Shown here: positions 19,434-27,965 of the stretch, in pieces | How the letters are laid out: every line of letters begins with the position of its first letter | Position numbering within the stretch: position 1 is the stretch's first letter | From: Pseudomonadota bacterium | GTDB lineage: Bacteria > Myxococcota > JACRCW01 > JAFGSX01 | Assembly: GCA_043821645.1 (NCBI GenBank) | Contig: JBDRCO010000023.1 | Coordinates: 32,001 to 96,000 of the forward strand | Length of the DNA stretch: 64,000 bases | Reading direction: 5' to 3' | Made by a program: the position numbers and the translations under genes | Notes under the pieces: generated by a model | Seen by the model: the letters and a program-made list of their open reading frames with translations, nothing else | Databases searched by the model: none | What the model was told of the DNA's origin: nothing

Positions 19434-21332
19434 TCAGGCCCGCGCACCGAGCAGGATCTTGAGCGCGCTCTCCAGCACCTGTCCGCCGCTGCCGACCACA
19501 CCGCGGCACAACGCCTGCGCCAGCTCGTCGCCGTGGCCCAGTGCCCCCGCGTGCTCGAGGAGCATGGCCGCGATCACCAGCGCCACGCCGCGCGCACTGT
19601 GGCGGCGTCGGCCTGCCGGCGGCAAGGGCTCGGGGAGCTCGCTCACGATCCGGTCAAACAGGGCGGGTTGGCGCTGGATGAGCTGAAGCGCGCGCCTCTC
19701 GCGCAGCGCCGCGTCCCCGGGGCCCTGGGGAATCTGACCGCAACCCTGCAGCAGATCCATCACCTCGTCCCGCAGCTGGGTGCCCCCGGGCCGTCGCGCC
19801 TGGCCGTCGCTCGCCAGGAAGCGCTGGCGAAAAGCCGCCTCCACGCGTCGGCGCTCGGGACCCGCGACCGGGCCAGAAACCCGCAGCGTGGCCCGGCTCA
19901 ACCACGCGGCGCAGGCAGCCTGGGCCTGCACATCCGCCTTGCGCGTCCCCGCTCCCGCCGACGACAGAGCGGCCCGCGCCATCAGATCTGCCGCGCTCAT
20001 GACCCCGCGTGCACCTGGCGCTGCTGCGGGCCGAACCGCGTCCACCTTGACCAGGGCGGCCAGACCACGCTCCAGGGTGGCCGCGTCCAGGGACAGCAGT
20101 GCAGACCCCAGCACGGCAGGCAGGCGCGTGGCCAGCTGCAGCAAGGGATGCAGCTTGCCCTCCCCGGCCTGCTGCAGCTCGTCGAGGGCGCGCCCCAGGG
20201 GGCTGGTTGGCGAGGTGATGGCCAGGCGCTGGCGCACCACGGCGTCGACAAAGGGCAGCTGCCTGGCCACCTGTGCCGCGTGCACGCGCTGGCTCGCACC
20301 TTCCACGGGCTGGCGCAGCGAGCTCGCGGTCTGGGCCAGCACCTTGTGCAGGGTGGTCAACTTCCTGTGCAGCTCGTCCTGCACAGGAGCCAGGCCCGCG
20401 AGCTGCACGATCAGCCTGTCGCGCGCCGCACTCGACGATGGAGCGCGGTCCAGCAGACGCGCCAGGGGAGCGGTGCCGAGGTCGAGCTTGTGGTATTCGG
20501 CCAGGGTCTCGATGTCGGACATCACGCTGCGTCCCTCGGCAATGAGACCACGCACCAGGCCTCGCGCGCGATCCACCAGGCGAGCGGCGCGTGCGATCTC
20601 GTCGCTGCGCTCTGCCGGCAGGCCCATGGCTCCGAGCATTGCCCGGGACCGCTCGGGCCCGGCGTCACCCAGGGCCAGCACCAGGCGCGCAAGGCGCTCG
20701 GGCTTGTGCAGGGTGCAGGTCACGGCCTCGGCAGCAGCTTCCAGCGCCTCGGCACACACCCGCGACACCTGATCCGCGACGTGGATCACCACCGCGTTGT
20801 CCACCGCCAGACGCACCGCGGTCTGCTCGATGCTGGCCTCGACACTGCTGGCTGGCTTCTGTCCCAGGGCCTGCTGCATCTCGGCCTCGCCGAGCCTCGA
20901 CAGCATGCCCCACACCGCGTGGCCACGACCGGCTGTATCCAGGTCCGCCACCTCGTCGAGGAGCTCGCCGAAGTCGTGGGTCTTGACCAGGCGTGCCAGG
21001 GCGTCGTCGATCACAGGCCTGGCGCCCGACGGCCCCGCAAAGGCGTTCCACTTGCGGCGCGCTCGGGTGCCATGGCCCGCGGCCGCGGCCCCGGGCAGGG
21101 CCATGCCCAGGCGTTGGGCCCACTGCTGCACGTAATCGCGGCTGGGGATGCGCAAGGCCTGGCCCTCGACCAGCTGCGGACCCTGGCCACGCAGCTCGGG
21201 GTTGATGTCCTCGAGCAAGGTGGCCACGCGCTCGTCGCTGAACAGCTTCTTGGCGATGGCCGGCAGGGTCTCGCCGCGCTGCACCTTGCGCGCGCTCAAC
21301 CCCATGTTGTGGATGCTGTCGGAGCCCGCCAT
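19434..21332 (-). CDS. Hypothetical protein with an N-terminal LysM-like domain and a long helical region
   Basis: KVQRGETLPAIAKKLF...LLEDINPEL...LVEGQALRIP fits LysM; GGAGGG RBS; no signal peptide. Confidence 0.7.
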   Translation of the reverse strand: MAGSDSIHNMGLSARKVQRGETLPAIAKKLFSDERVATLLEDINPELRGQGPQLVEGQALRIPSRDYVQQWAQRLGMALPGAAAAGHGTRARRKWNAFAGPSGARPVIDDALARLVKTHDFGELLDEVADLDTAGRGHAVWGMLSRLGEAEMQQALGQKPASSVEASIEQTAVRLAVDNAVVIHVADQVSRVCAEALEAAAEAVTCTLHKPERLARLVLALGDAGPERSRAMLGAMGLPAERSDEIARAARLVDRARGLVRGLIAEGRSVMSDIETLAEYHKLDLGTAPLARLLDRAPSSSAARDRLIVQLAGLAPVQDELHRKLTTLHKVLAQTASSLRQPVEGASQRVHAAQVARQLPFVDAVVRQRLAITSPTSPLGRALDELQQAGEGKLHPLLQLATRLPAVLGSALLSLDAATLERGLAALVKVDAVRPAAAPGARGVMSAADLMARAALSSAGAGTRKADVQAQAACAAWLSRATLRVSGPVAGPERRRVEAAFRQRFLASDGQARRPGGTQLRDEVMDLLQGCGQIPQGPGDAALRERRALQLIQRQPALFDRIVSELPEPLPPAGRRRHSARGVALVIAAMLLEHAGALGHGDELAQALCRGVVGSGGQVLESALKILLGARA

Positions 21333-21402
21333 GACCCGCCCTCCGTCGGAGGTGAGACGCCAGGGCGCGCCCGCAGGCGACGCGCCCGACGACGCGCGCG
21401 AC

Positions 21403-23286
21403 CTAGCGCAGGTTGCGGACCGCGGTCATCTGGGTGTCATTGAAGGCCTTGAGCATGTTGCTGACCATGGTGTACATCTTGGACAGCTCTTCCTGGGCCT
21501 TCTGAAGGCGCATCATCCACTCCTGGTCCGAGCGCTTGTTGGGGTCTCCCTCGACGCCACTGTCACCCTCGGCCTTGTCCGCTGCTCCCGCCTCCGCCGT
21601 GCCGGCTGCTGCCGTGGCTCCAGCCTTGGCGGCCTTGCTGGCCTTGGCGCTCTTACCTCCCTTCGCCGGGGCCGCGCCGCCCGTCGCCGCCATGTCCTCG
21701 GCCTCTGCGGGTGCCGACGGATCTGCAGCCTGCGCGCCCTGCGAGGACTTGGACTGGACCGCGGGGTTCAGGTAACTGAAGGGCTGGAACACGCTCTCGA
21801 GGCCCGCGTCCTGAGCCTGCAGGGCCATGCCAAGACCCGGGACGACGCTGTTGGCAGCGTACACCGTGCCAAACTTGAGCAGCTGGTCGTAGTCGCCATT
21901 CTCGAGTCCGTTGGCGATCTGATCACAGGCCTGCGGGATCATCTCCTTGGCAATCATGTCGCCGAGCATTCCGCCGATCATGGCACCCAGGGCTGTACCC
22001 ACGACCGGGATGGGGATGGCCGATCCCAGAATGCCGCCGAGCAAGGAGCCGAGAGCTGGAGCGGCCATGGGCGCCGCCTGCCCGAGCATGCGCACCGCCG
22101 GCGCCCCCACACCCTTGGTCACGTCGACGATGCCCCCAAGGGTGGAGTTGTTCTTGCCCCCCGTTGGCCGAGGCTGGCCATCCTGCCCCTGCACAACCTT
22201 GGGGGAGCTCGCGCTCCCGCCGCCGCCGACGAGGGCGCTGAGCGGATTGCCCGCAGCCTGGCCTCCAGCAGCCGCCTCGCCACCCCCCGCCTTCTTGTCC
22301 CTGTCGCCCCGCGCCTTGCTGACCTCGCTGTTCTTGTCGTTCTTGGCCTTGTCGTAGTCGGCCATCATGGCTTCCATCTTCTTTTCCTGGCGCTGGGCCA
22401 TGGCCAGGAGGAAGAGGAACATCTTGTCCTCGAAGGACAGCGTGGGGTCGCTCAGGAACTTGGCGATGCTGCTGTCACTGACCTGGGGCTTGTCCTCGGT
22501 CTTGGCGTCGGTTTTGGCGTCGGCCTTGGCGGCCTCCGGCTTCGACGGCCCCTGGGCCTTGGAGGCGCCGCCCTTGGCCGGGACCCCACCCGAGTAGTAG
22601 CTCGTGAGCGCCGGCAGCGAGCGCGCGAAGCCACCCAGCACGATGTTGGCCGACACACCCGCCTGGCCATACAGGCCGAGCCGGGCCTGGAACGCAGGTC
22701 GTCGCAGGCTCGCCTCGAGGTTGAACTTGGCGCCGACCTGGCCCCGGGCATAGCCGCTGACCTTGAAATGGGCGCTCATGCGGGCGCGTGGCGAGGGCGC
22801 GAAGTGCGGCGGCGCGGCGTGCACGTCCGGGCGATGCGGCCGGGCGCCGAGCTGCTCGAAGCCCTTGCTGGTCTTTTGCAGGTGCGGAAGCTGGGTTTTT
22901 AAAAAATCCTCGCCATCGGCGAGGGTCGCTGGAGCCAGGGGACCCAGCAGCAGGGCATTGCACACGCCCGACAGCATGTACTTCTCGGCATCGCTGTGAA
23001 CCAGGCCCAGGGCCTTGGCGCCGTCGCTGATGCGGCCGCCTGGAGAGAAGGCCTGAAACACGTCGAGCGCCGCGTTGATGACCTCGCCGCGCGCCAGCTT
23101 GTTCATCACGCCGTCGGCGCGCTGCCCACGCTCGTCCAGGTAGCGCTTGCCCGGCCCATCCACCTGGACCGTGCCCAGCTTCTCGAGGTCGCTGACGGTC
23201 TTCTGGGTGGCCTTGGCCAGCTTGTTCATGGTGCCGCCCAGGTCGACCTTGATGTTCAGGCTCGCGCTCCCGCTGATACTGGTCAT
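21403..23286 (-). CDS. Hypothetical protein with glycine zipper and needle/filament-like C-terminal helix (candidate type III substrate)
   Basis: AAGGAGG RBS before MTSISG; strong GC3 codon bias; GSLLGGILGS..GTALGAMIGGMLG; ends MRLQKAQEELSKMYTMVSNMLKAFNDTQMTAVRNLR. Confidence 0.75.
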   Translation of the reverse strand: MTSISGSASLNIKVDLGGTMNKLAKATQKTVSDLEKLGTVQVDGPGKRYLDERGQRADGVMNKLARGEVINAALDVFQAFSPGGRISDGAKALGLVHSDAEKYMLSGVCNALLLGPLAPATLADGEDFLKTQLPHLQKTSKGFEQLGARPHRPDVHAAPPHFAPSPRARMSAHFKVSGYARGQVGAKFNLEASLRRPAFQARLGLYGQAGVSANIVLGGFARSLPALTSYYSGGVPAKGGASKAQGPSKPEAAKADAKTDAKTEDKPQVSDSSIAKFLSDPTLSFEDKMFLFLLAMAQRQEKKMEAMMADYDKAKNDKNSEVSKARGDRDKKAGGGEAAAGGQAAGNPLSALVGGGGSASSPKVVQGQDGQPRPTGGKNNSTLGGIVDVTKGVGAPAVRMLGQAAPMAAPALGSLLGGILGSAIPIPVVGTALGAMIGGMLGDMIAKEMIPQACDQIANGLENGDYDQLLKFGTVYAANSVVPGLGMALQAQDAGLESVFQPFSYLNPAVQSKSSQGAQAADPSAPAEAEDMAATGGAAPAKGGKSAKASKAAKAGATAAAGTAEAGAADKAEGDSGVEGDPNKRSDQEWMMRLQKAQEELSKMYTMVSNMLKAFNDTQMTAVRNLR

Positions 23287-23360
23287 CGCTGTCCCTCCTT
23301 GCATGGGCGCCTGCTTGGCGCCGCAGGTTCACGCATCGTGCGCAATTGGGATCCAGGTGT

Positions 23361-23376
23361 TTCAGGGATTGTGCCA
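23361..23376 (-). promoter_or_regulatory. Possible sigma54 -24/-12 promoter
   Basis: Minus strand TGGCACA-ATCC-CTGAA versus consensus TGGCACR-N4-TTGCW. The -24 element is perfect; the -12 has GA instead of GC. It lies 75 nt upstream of the ATG. Confidence 0.4.
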
Positions 23377-23533
23377 GGCCATCCCCCCAAGTGACTTTTC
23401 CTAGCAAAACATGGACTTGAGATCTATTCGCAAGATCTCGACGGGGGGTCCTGGGCAGGGTCGTGGTGCAGAATGCGGCAGGGTGGCGCAACTTGCATCA
23501 GGCACCGAAGGTGTGTGTAGCCAGGAACGGGGA

Positions 23534-24895
23534 CTAGCCGTGGGTGCGAGCTCGCCTGCGACGCCCGGCGCAGCACCCTGCCAGCAGCGCACACCAGGTC
23601 AGCGCGCCGCGGTGGTCTGCACGCGCAGCGGCGCAAGCACAGCCGTCCTGGCCAACGGTGCCTACCGAGCTGTCCGCGCCGACCACCAGGCTGTCGGGGA
23701 CAGACCGGTCCGACGCACTCGCCCCCGAATCCACCGCGGGGTGATCAGCGAGCTGGGCATCGCGGGCCGCGCCCGTGTCAGGCCGTGCTCCCGCGTCCTG
23801 CCCCACGCTGCCGCTATCCTGTACGCCGCTGCTGCGGTCTGTTCCCGCCGTCGCCGCGTCGGTGGTCACCACACCCGCATCGCTGCCCTGCGCACCCGCA
23901 TCGCTGCCCGCGCTCCCGGTCTCGGCCGTGGTGATCTCGAACACGGTGCTGTGGCTGGCGAAGCAGGTCCCGTCGAAGTAACCCAGGGGCATGGTGGGCA
24001 CGCAGTCACGTTCGCCACGGTCTATCTTGCCGTAGCCCTGCATGCCCCAGTCCTCGCCCCAGGAGTTCTTGATGATCCAGCTGTTGTCGCCGTCGTCCCA
24101 GCCCACCAGGGCCACGATGTGCCAGCCCCGCGTCTGGTTGGTGGTGCGGCTGTACACACCTCCCGCGTAGCTGAGGAAGTCGCTGTAGATCTGCAAGTTG
24201 GCGATGATGGGAGACACCAGCAGCCGCGCCTTCAGCTCGTCGCTGGTCCAGGGCAAGGTGCTCATCTCCCAGTCGTGGATGAAGTAACGCTGCTCGCTGC
24301 CATTGGCGCAGGAATCCGCGCACTGGCCGTCGTTGCCCGTGCTGCCCGAAGTGTAGGGAAAGCAGCTCTCGGCCGGCACGCCCGTGCTCTTGAGATAGGC
24401 ACCCACCTGCTCGGCGGTGCCTCCGCTCGCGCAGTCGTCGATGGAGATGCAGGAGATCAGTTCCTGCTCTGCGAGGTCGATGGCGTAGCCTGGCTGCTGG
24501 CGCACGATGCGGTACTGCGCCTCGGTGGCGGCCAGCGATCCGAACACGAAACACGAACCACAGTCCCCCTGGTCGCGCACCGGCGTCAGGTAGCAGGCGC
24601 CACCCAGATCGTCCCACGAGAAGGTGGCATCGGTGACGCTGGCCCAGGTGGCCCCGCGGTGCGGCTCGGGTTCATGCCAGCCGCCTTCGGGCAGCGCGAA
24701 GCCCTGCGGAAAGGGATAGCTCGGCATGGTACGCCGGGCCCGTTCCTCGTCGGACATGCGGGTCAGGGCCGTGTCCCGGGCCTGCCAGTGCTTGCCTTGC
24801 TCGACGATGGCGCGCTGCACGCGCTCGAGGTCGTAGCGAGCATGTGCGCTGGTACAGGGGAGCGTCACCAGGACCAGAAGCAGCAGAGTTCTCAT
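23534..24895 (-). CDS. Secreted papain-family (C1A) cysteine protease with Asp-rich stalk and MYXO-CTERM-like tail
   Basis: PVRDQGDCGSC, GWHIVALVGW and WIIKNSWGEDWG; signal peptide; ends GCAC...hydrophobic...RRRR. Alternative start at 24907. Confidence 0.9.
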   Translation of the reverse strand: MRTLLLLVLVTLPCTSAHARYDLERVQRAIVEQGKHWQARDTALTRMSDEERARRTMPSYPFPQGFALPEGGWHEPEPHRGATWASVTDATFSWDDLGGACYLTPVRDQGDCGSCFVFGSLAATEAQYRIVRQQPGYAIDLAEQELISCISIDDCASGGTAEQVGAYLKSTGVPAESCFPYTSGSTGNDGQCADSCANGSEQRYFIHDWEMSTLPWTSDELKARLLVSPIIANLQIYSDFLSYAGGVYSRTTNQTRGWHIVALVGWDDGDNSWIIKNSWGEDWGMQGYGKIDRGERDCVPTMPLGYFDGTCFASHSTVFEITTAETGSAGSDAGAQGSDAGVVTTDAATAGTDRSSGVQDSGSVGQDAGARPDTGAARDAQLADHPAVDSGASASDRSVPDSLVVGADSSVGTVGQDGCACAAARADHRGALTWCALLAGCCAGRRRRARTHG

Positions 24896-24993
24896 GCGCG
24901 CACCCATCGTCCCCCGACGTGAGACCCCCTGGATGGACCCCTGTAGCACGGCGTGCTCGGGGCTATCCCCGTCGGCACTGACCAGAAAACCGA

Positions 24994-26292
24994 TCAGGGC
25001 AGACCCACGCGCAGGTCCGCGGCGACGCCGTAGTGATCGGACAGCTCGAAGCGACCAGCGTCCTCGAACTCCAGCTTTTCGACGAAGATCAGGTCGACAC
25101 TCGCTGCGTACACCGCTCGTGACGACGCACGCACCAGCAGGAGATCCATGCGCACCGGGTATTCCTGGCCGGCGTAGCTGCGAAAGTACAGGCTGTTGCA
25201 GTCCGTGGCCGTGAACACCTGACCCGCGTGGCGATCGCAGTAGCCCTCGACGCCATAGGGCGTTTCGAGGGAACGCGCGGCGTGCCGCGGCAGCGCGAGA
25301 GCCAGCTCCACGTCGCGGGCGGGGCGTGCGTCCACCATGAGGTCGCGAAGCTCGCCGTAATGCAGCAGCAGGGGGTACGCCACGGCGTTGTTCCACCACC
25401 CCGAGCTGGTGCTGCCATCGCCCAGGGTCCAGGTGTCGTCGACGTAGAAGGCTCCGCTGTTGAAGTCACCACCCACCAGCACCAGGTCCTCGGCGGGCAC
25501 TGCCCGCACTGCCAGGCCGAGCTGCCGCACCTGGGCCATGCGCACCCGCCAGTGCTCGGGAAAGGCCGTGGTGTGCGTGTTGAACAGGTGCACGGTCAGT
25601 CCGTCGGCGGTGGTCACGCGCCAGGACAGGTAGCCGCGGCGGAAGCCCGGACCCGGAAAGTTCTCGAGGTCATACTGCACCTCGTAGCTCACCTCCTGCT
25701 TCTCCTCGCCGGCCTGGGTGTCGAGAACGTCCTCGCGGATCAGGATCGCCAGCCCGTGAGCCGGGTGCTGCTCGACGCTGCCGCCCCACAGCCTGTAGCC
25801 GTGACGCCGGGCTGCCTCGGCGAATCGATCCAGATCGCTCAGCTCCCACAGCTCCTGCAGCAGCACCACGTCGTCGCCGCGGCCCAGGATCAGGTCCGGC
25901 GCCGCGACCCGCCGCACGTCGAGCTCCGGCACCACCACGCGGTCGATGAAGCCCAGGATCTTGGCACGGTCGAGCAACCCCAGGTTGTAGCTCACGACGC
26001 GGAGCTTCTGGGCCACCGCGGGCGGCACCACAGCCTCGGCCTCGGCGTGGCGCTCGGTGAACAGCTCCGACGGGTCCGGCGCGCGGGCGAAGCGCAGATT
26101 CTCGTCGCGAAACAGGTCCACCACGCGCAGGTCCGCCCTGTCGTGGGCTGCCTGCAGATACGCCAGCACGGTGCTCTCCGCGAGCACCGCACGATCGGCC
26201 TCGACCGCATCGAGGTCCGTGGGCAGGGTTGGCCCGCAGCTGCACGCTGCCACGGTGGCCACGACGACGCAGACCGCTGTCCCGCTTCGCAT
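24994..26292 (-). CDS. Endonuclease/exonuclease/phosphatase (EEP) family lipoprotein
   Basis: VVSYN, LLQEL, NTH, GGDFN and SDHYGV motifs; GGAGG RBS before MRSGTAVCVVVATVAAC. Confidence 0.85.
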   Translation of the reverse strand: MRSGTAVCVVVATVAACSCGPTLPTDLDAVEADRAVLAESTVLAYLQAAHDRADLRVVDLFRDENLRFARAPDPSELFTERHAEAEAVVPPAVAQKLRVVSYNLGLLDRAKILGFIDRVVVPELDVRRVAAPDLILGRGDDVVLLQELWELSDLDRFAEAARRHGYRLWGGSVEQHPAHGLAILIREDVLDTQAGEEKQEVSYEVQYDLENFPGPGFRRGYLSWRVTTADGLTVHLFNTHTTAFPEHWRVRMAQVRQLGLAVRAVPAEDLVLVGGDFNSGAFYVDDTWTLGDGSTSSGWWNNAVAYPLLLHYGELRDLMVDARPARDVELALALPRHAARSLETPYGVEGYCDRHAGQVFTATDCNSLYFRSYAGQEYPVRMDLLLVRASSRAVYAASVDLIFVEKLEFEDAGRFELSDHYGVAADLRVGLP

Positions 26293-26435
26293 GTCTTCCT
26301 CCGCGTACGCTGCGTCAGCATAGCGCAGACCGGCCTCGGCCACACAGCAAGCCTCAGAGAACAGGACTTCAGATCCCCGGTGCCGGTGGCTATAGTCCCG
26401 GCGCCTGTGGACCCTGCAACGACAAGGAGCGCACC

Positions 26436-27887
26436 GTGACCAGCACCCTGCCCCCTCCCTTTGCCGGACTCGAGCCCGAGACCGTGTGGAAGCACTTCTT
26501 CGCCCTGACCCAGATCCCGCGCGGCAGTGGCAACGAGGCCGGCGCCCGGGCCTTCGTGGAAAAATGGGCGCGCGAGCACAAGTTCGAGGTCGACACCGAC
26601 GAGGTCGGCAACGTGCTGGTGCGCGTCAACGCTTCGGCACCAGGGACCATGGTCTGCCTGCAGGGACACCTGGACATGGTGTGCGTGGCCGACGAGGGCG
26701 TGGACTTCGACTTCGAGAAGCAGGCCATCCAGGTGCGCCGTGACGGTGACAACCTGTTCGGGACCGGTACCACCCTGGGCGCTGACAACGGCATCGGCGT
26801 GGCCTATGGCATGGCGCTGGCCGAACAGACCCAGGGTCCCCTCGAGGTGCTGTGCACCATCGACGAGGAGGTCGGGCTCAAGGGCGCGGGCGGGCTGAAG
26901 CAGGGCTGGCTGCGCTCCCGGGTCCTGCTCAACCTCGACTCCGAGGAAGAAGGCTTCGTCACCATCGCCTGCTCGGGTGGTCGCGATCTCCTGATAGACC
27001 TGCCCTGGAAGCAGGGTGGCAACGTCGACGGCCGGACGGCGTATGACCTCAAGGTCGCTGGACTGCAGGGCGGGCACTCGGGCATCGACATCGGGCTCGG
27101 CCGCATCAATGCCATCCAGGTCCTGGCCCGGATGCTCGATCAGGTCCTGGCCCTGGGCGGCGCCCTCGTCGAGGTCAAGGGCGGCGTCAAGCGCAACGCG
27201 ATCCCCCCCATGGCGAGCGCGCGGGTGGTGCTCCCCGAGGCCAAGCTGCCAAACCTCCAGGCCTTCGCGGACCGCCTGTGCGCCGAGCTGCGCTGTGCGG
27301 CCGATCCCGACCTGAAGGTGACGACCCAGCCCTCGACGGTGAAAGACCCATCCATCGTCGACGATGCCTGCGCGCGCCAGCTCGTGCACCTGCTCGGCGG
27401 CCTGCCCCACGGCGTGCAGAAGCATTCGCCCAAGGACGCCACGCTGCCCTTCGTGTCCATCAACCTGGCGCTGGTCGAGGATCCCGCGGGCGGAAAGATT
27501 CCCATCGTCATGAGTGCACGGTCGCCGGCCGAGACCGAGATCGACATGCTGGTCGCTCGCGTCAAGGCAGTGTGTGACGAACATGGCGCAGCGCTCAATG
27601 CCGAGAACGGCTACCCCGGCTGGGAGCCGGACTACGACTCCAAGCTGCTGGCCACCACCAAGAAGCTGCACACCGAGGTGATCGGTCAGGAGCCCAAGGT
27701 GCTCGAGATCCATGCTGGCCTCGAGTGCGGCATCATCGGCGCGCGCTATCCGGGCATGGACATGATCAGCATCGGCCCGGACATCCACTTCCCGCACTCC
27801 CCGCGCGAGCACGTGTCCATCCCCTCGGTGGGCCGCATGTACGCCTTCGTGCAGAAGCTGGTGGCCGAGATTCAGAAGAACGGCTGA
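26436..27887 (+). CDS. pepD: Aminoacyl-histidine dipeptidase (M20C)
   Basis: QIPRGSGNE, LQGHLDMV, GTTLGADNGIG, DEEVG, NLDSE, GGHSG and IHAGLECG; AAGGAG RBS before a GTG start. Confidence 0.93.
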   Translation: MTSTLPPPFAGLEPETVWKHFFALTQIPRGSGNEAGARAFVEKWAREHKFEVDTDEVGNVLVRVNASAPGTMVCLQGHLDMVCVADEGVDFDFEKQAIQVRRDGDNLFGTGTTLGADNGIGVAYGMALAEQTQGPLEVLCTIDEEVGLKGAGGLKQGWLRSRVLLNLDSEEEGFVTIACSGGRDLLIDLPWKQGGNVDGRTAYDLKVAGLQGGHSGIDIGLGRINAIQVLARMLDQVLALGGALVEVKGGVKRNAIPPMASARVVLPEAKLPNLQAFADRLCAELRCAADPDLKVTTQPSTVKDPSIVDDACARQLVHLLGGLPHGVQKHSPKDATLPFVSINLALVEDPAGGKIPIVMSARSPAETEIDMLVARVKAVCDEHGAALNAENGYPGWEPDYDSKLLATTKKLHTEVIGQEPKVLEIHAGLECGIIGARYPGMDMISIGPDIHFPHSPREHVSIPSVGRMYAFVQKLVAEIQKNG

Positions 27888-27965
27888 TCCGAGCTCCCCA
27901 GCGATCATCTGCGGAAGAACATCACGAGTGCCGTCACAGGACGGAAGGAAGATCCTGCGGGTCCA

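Noticed and set aside
24908-25399. N-terminal extension of the papain ORF, and similar extensions at 8103, 13283, 26229, 30497 and 55109
   Set aside because: They overlap neighbouring genes or precede RBS-supported internal starts that fit the signal peptide or family N-terminus better.
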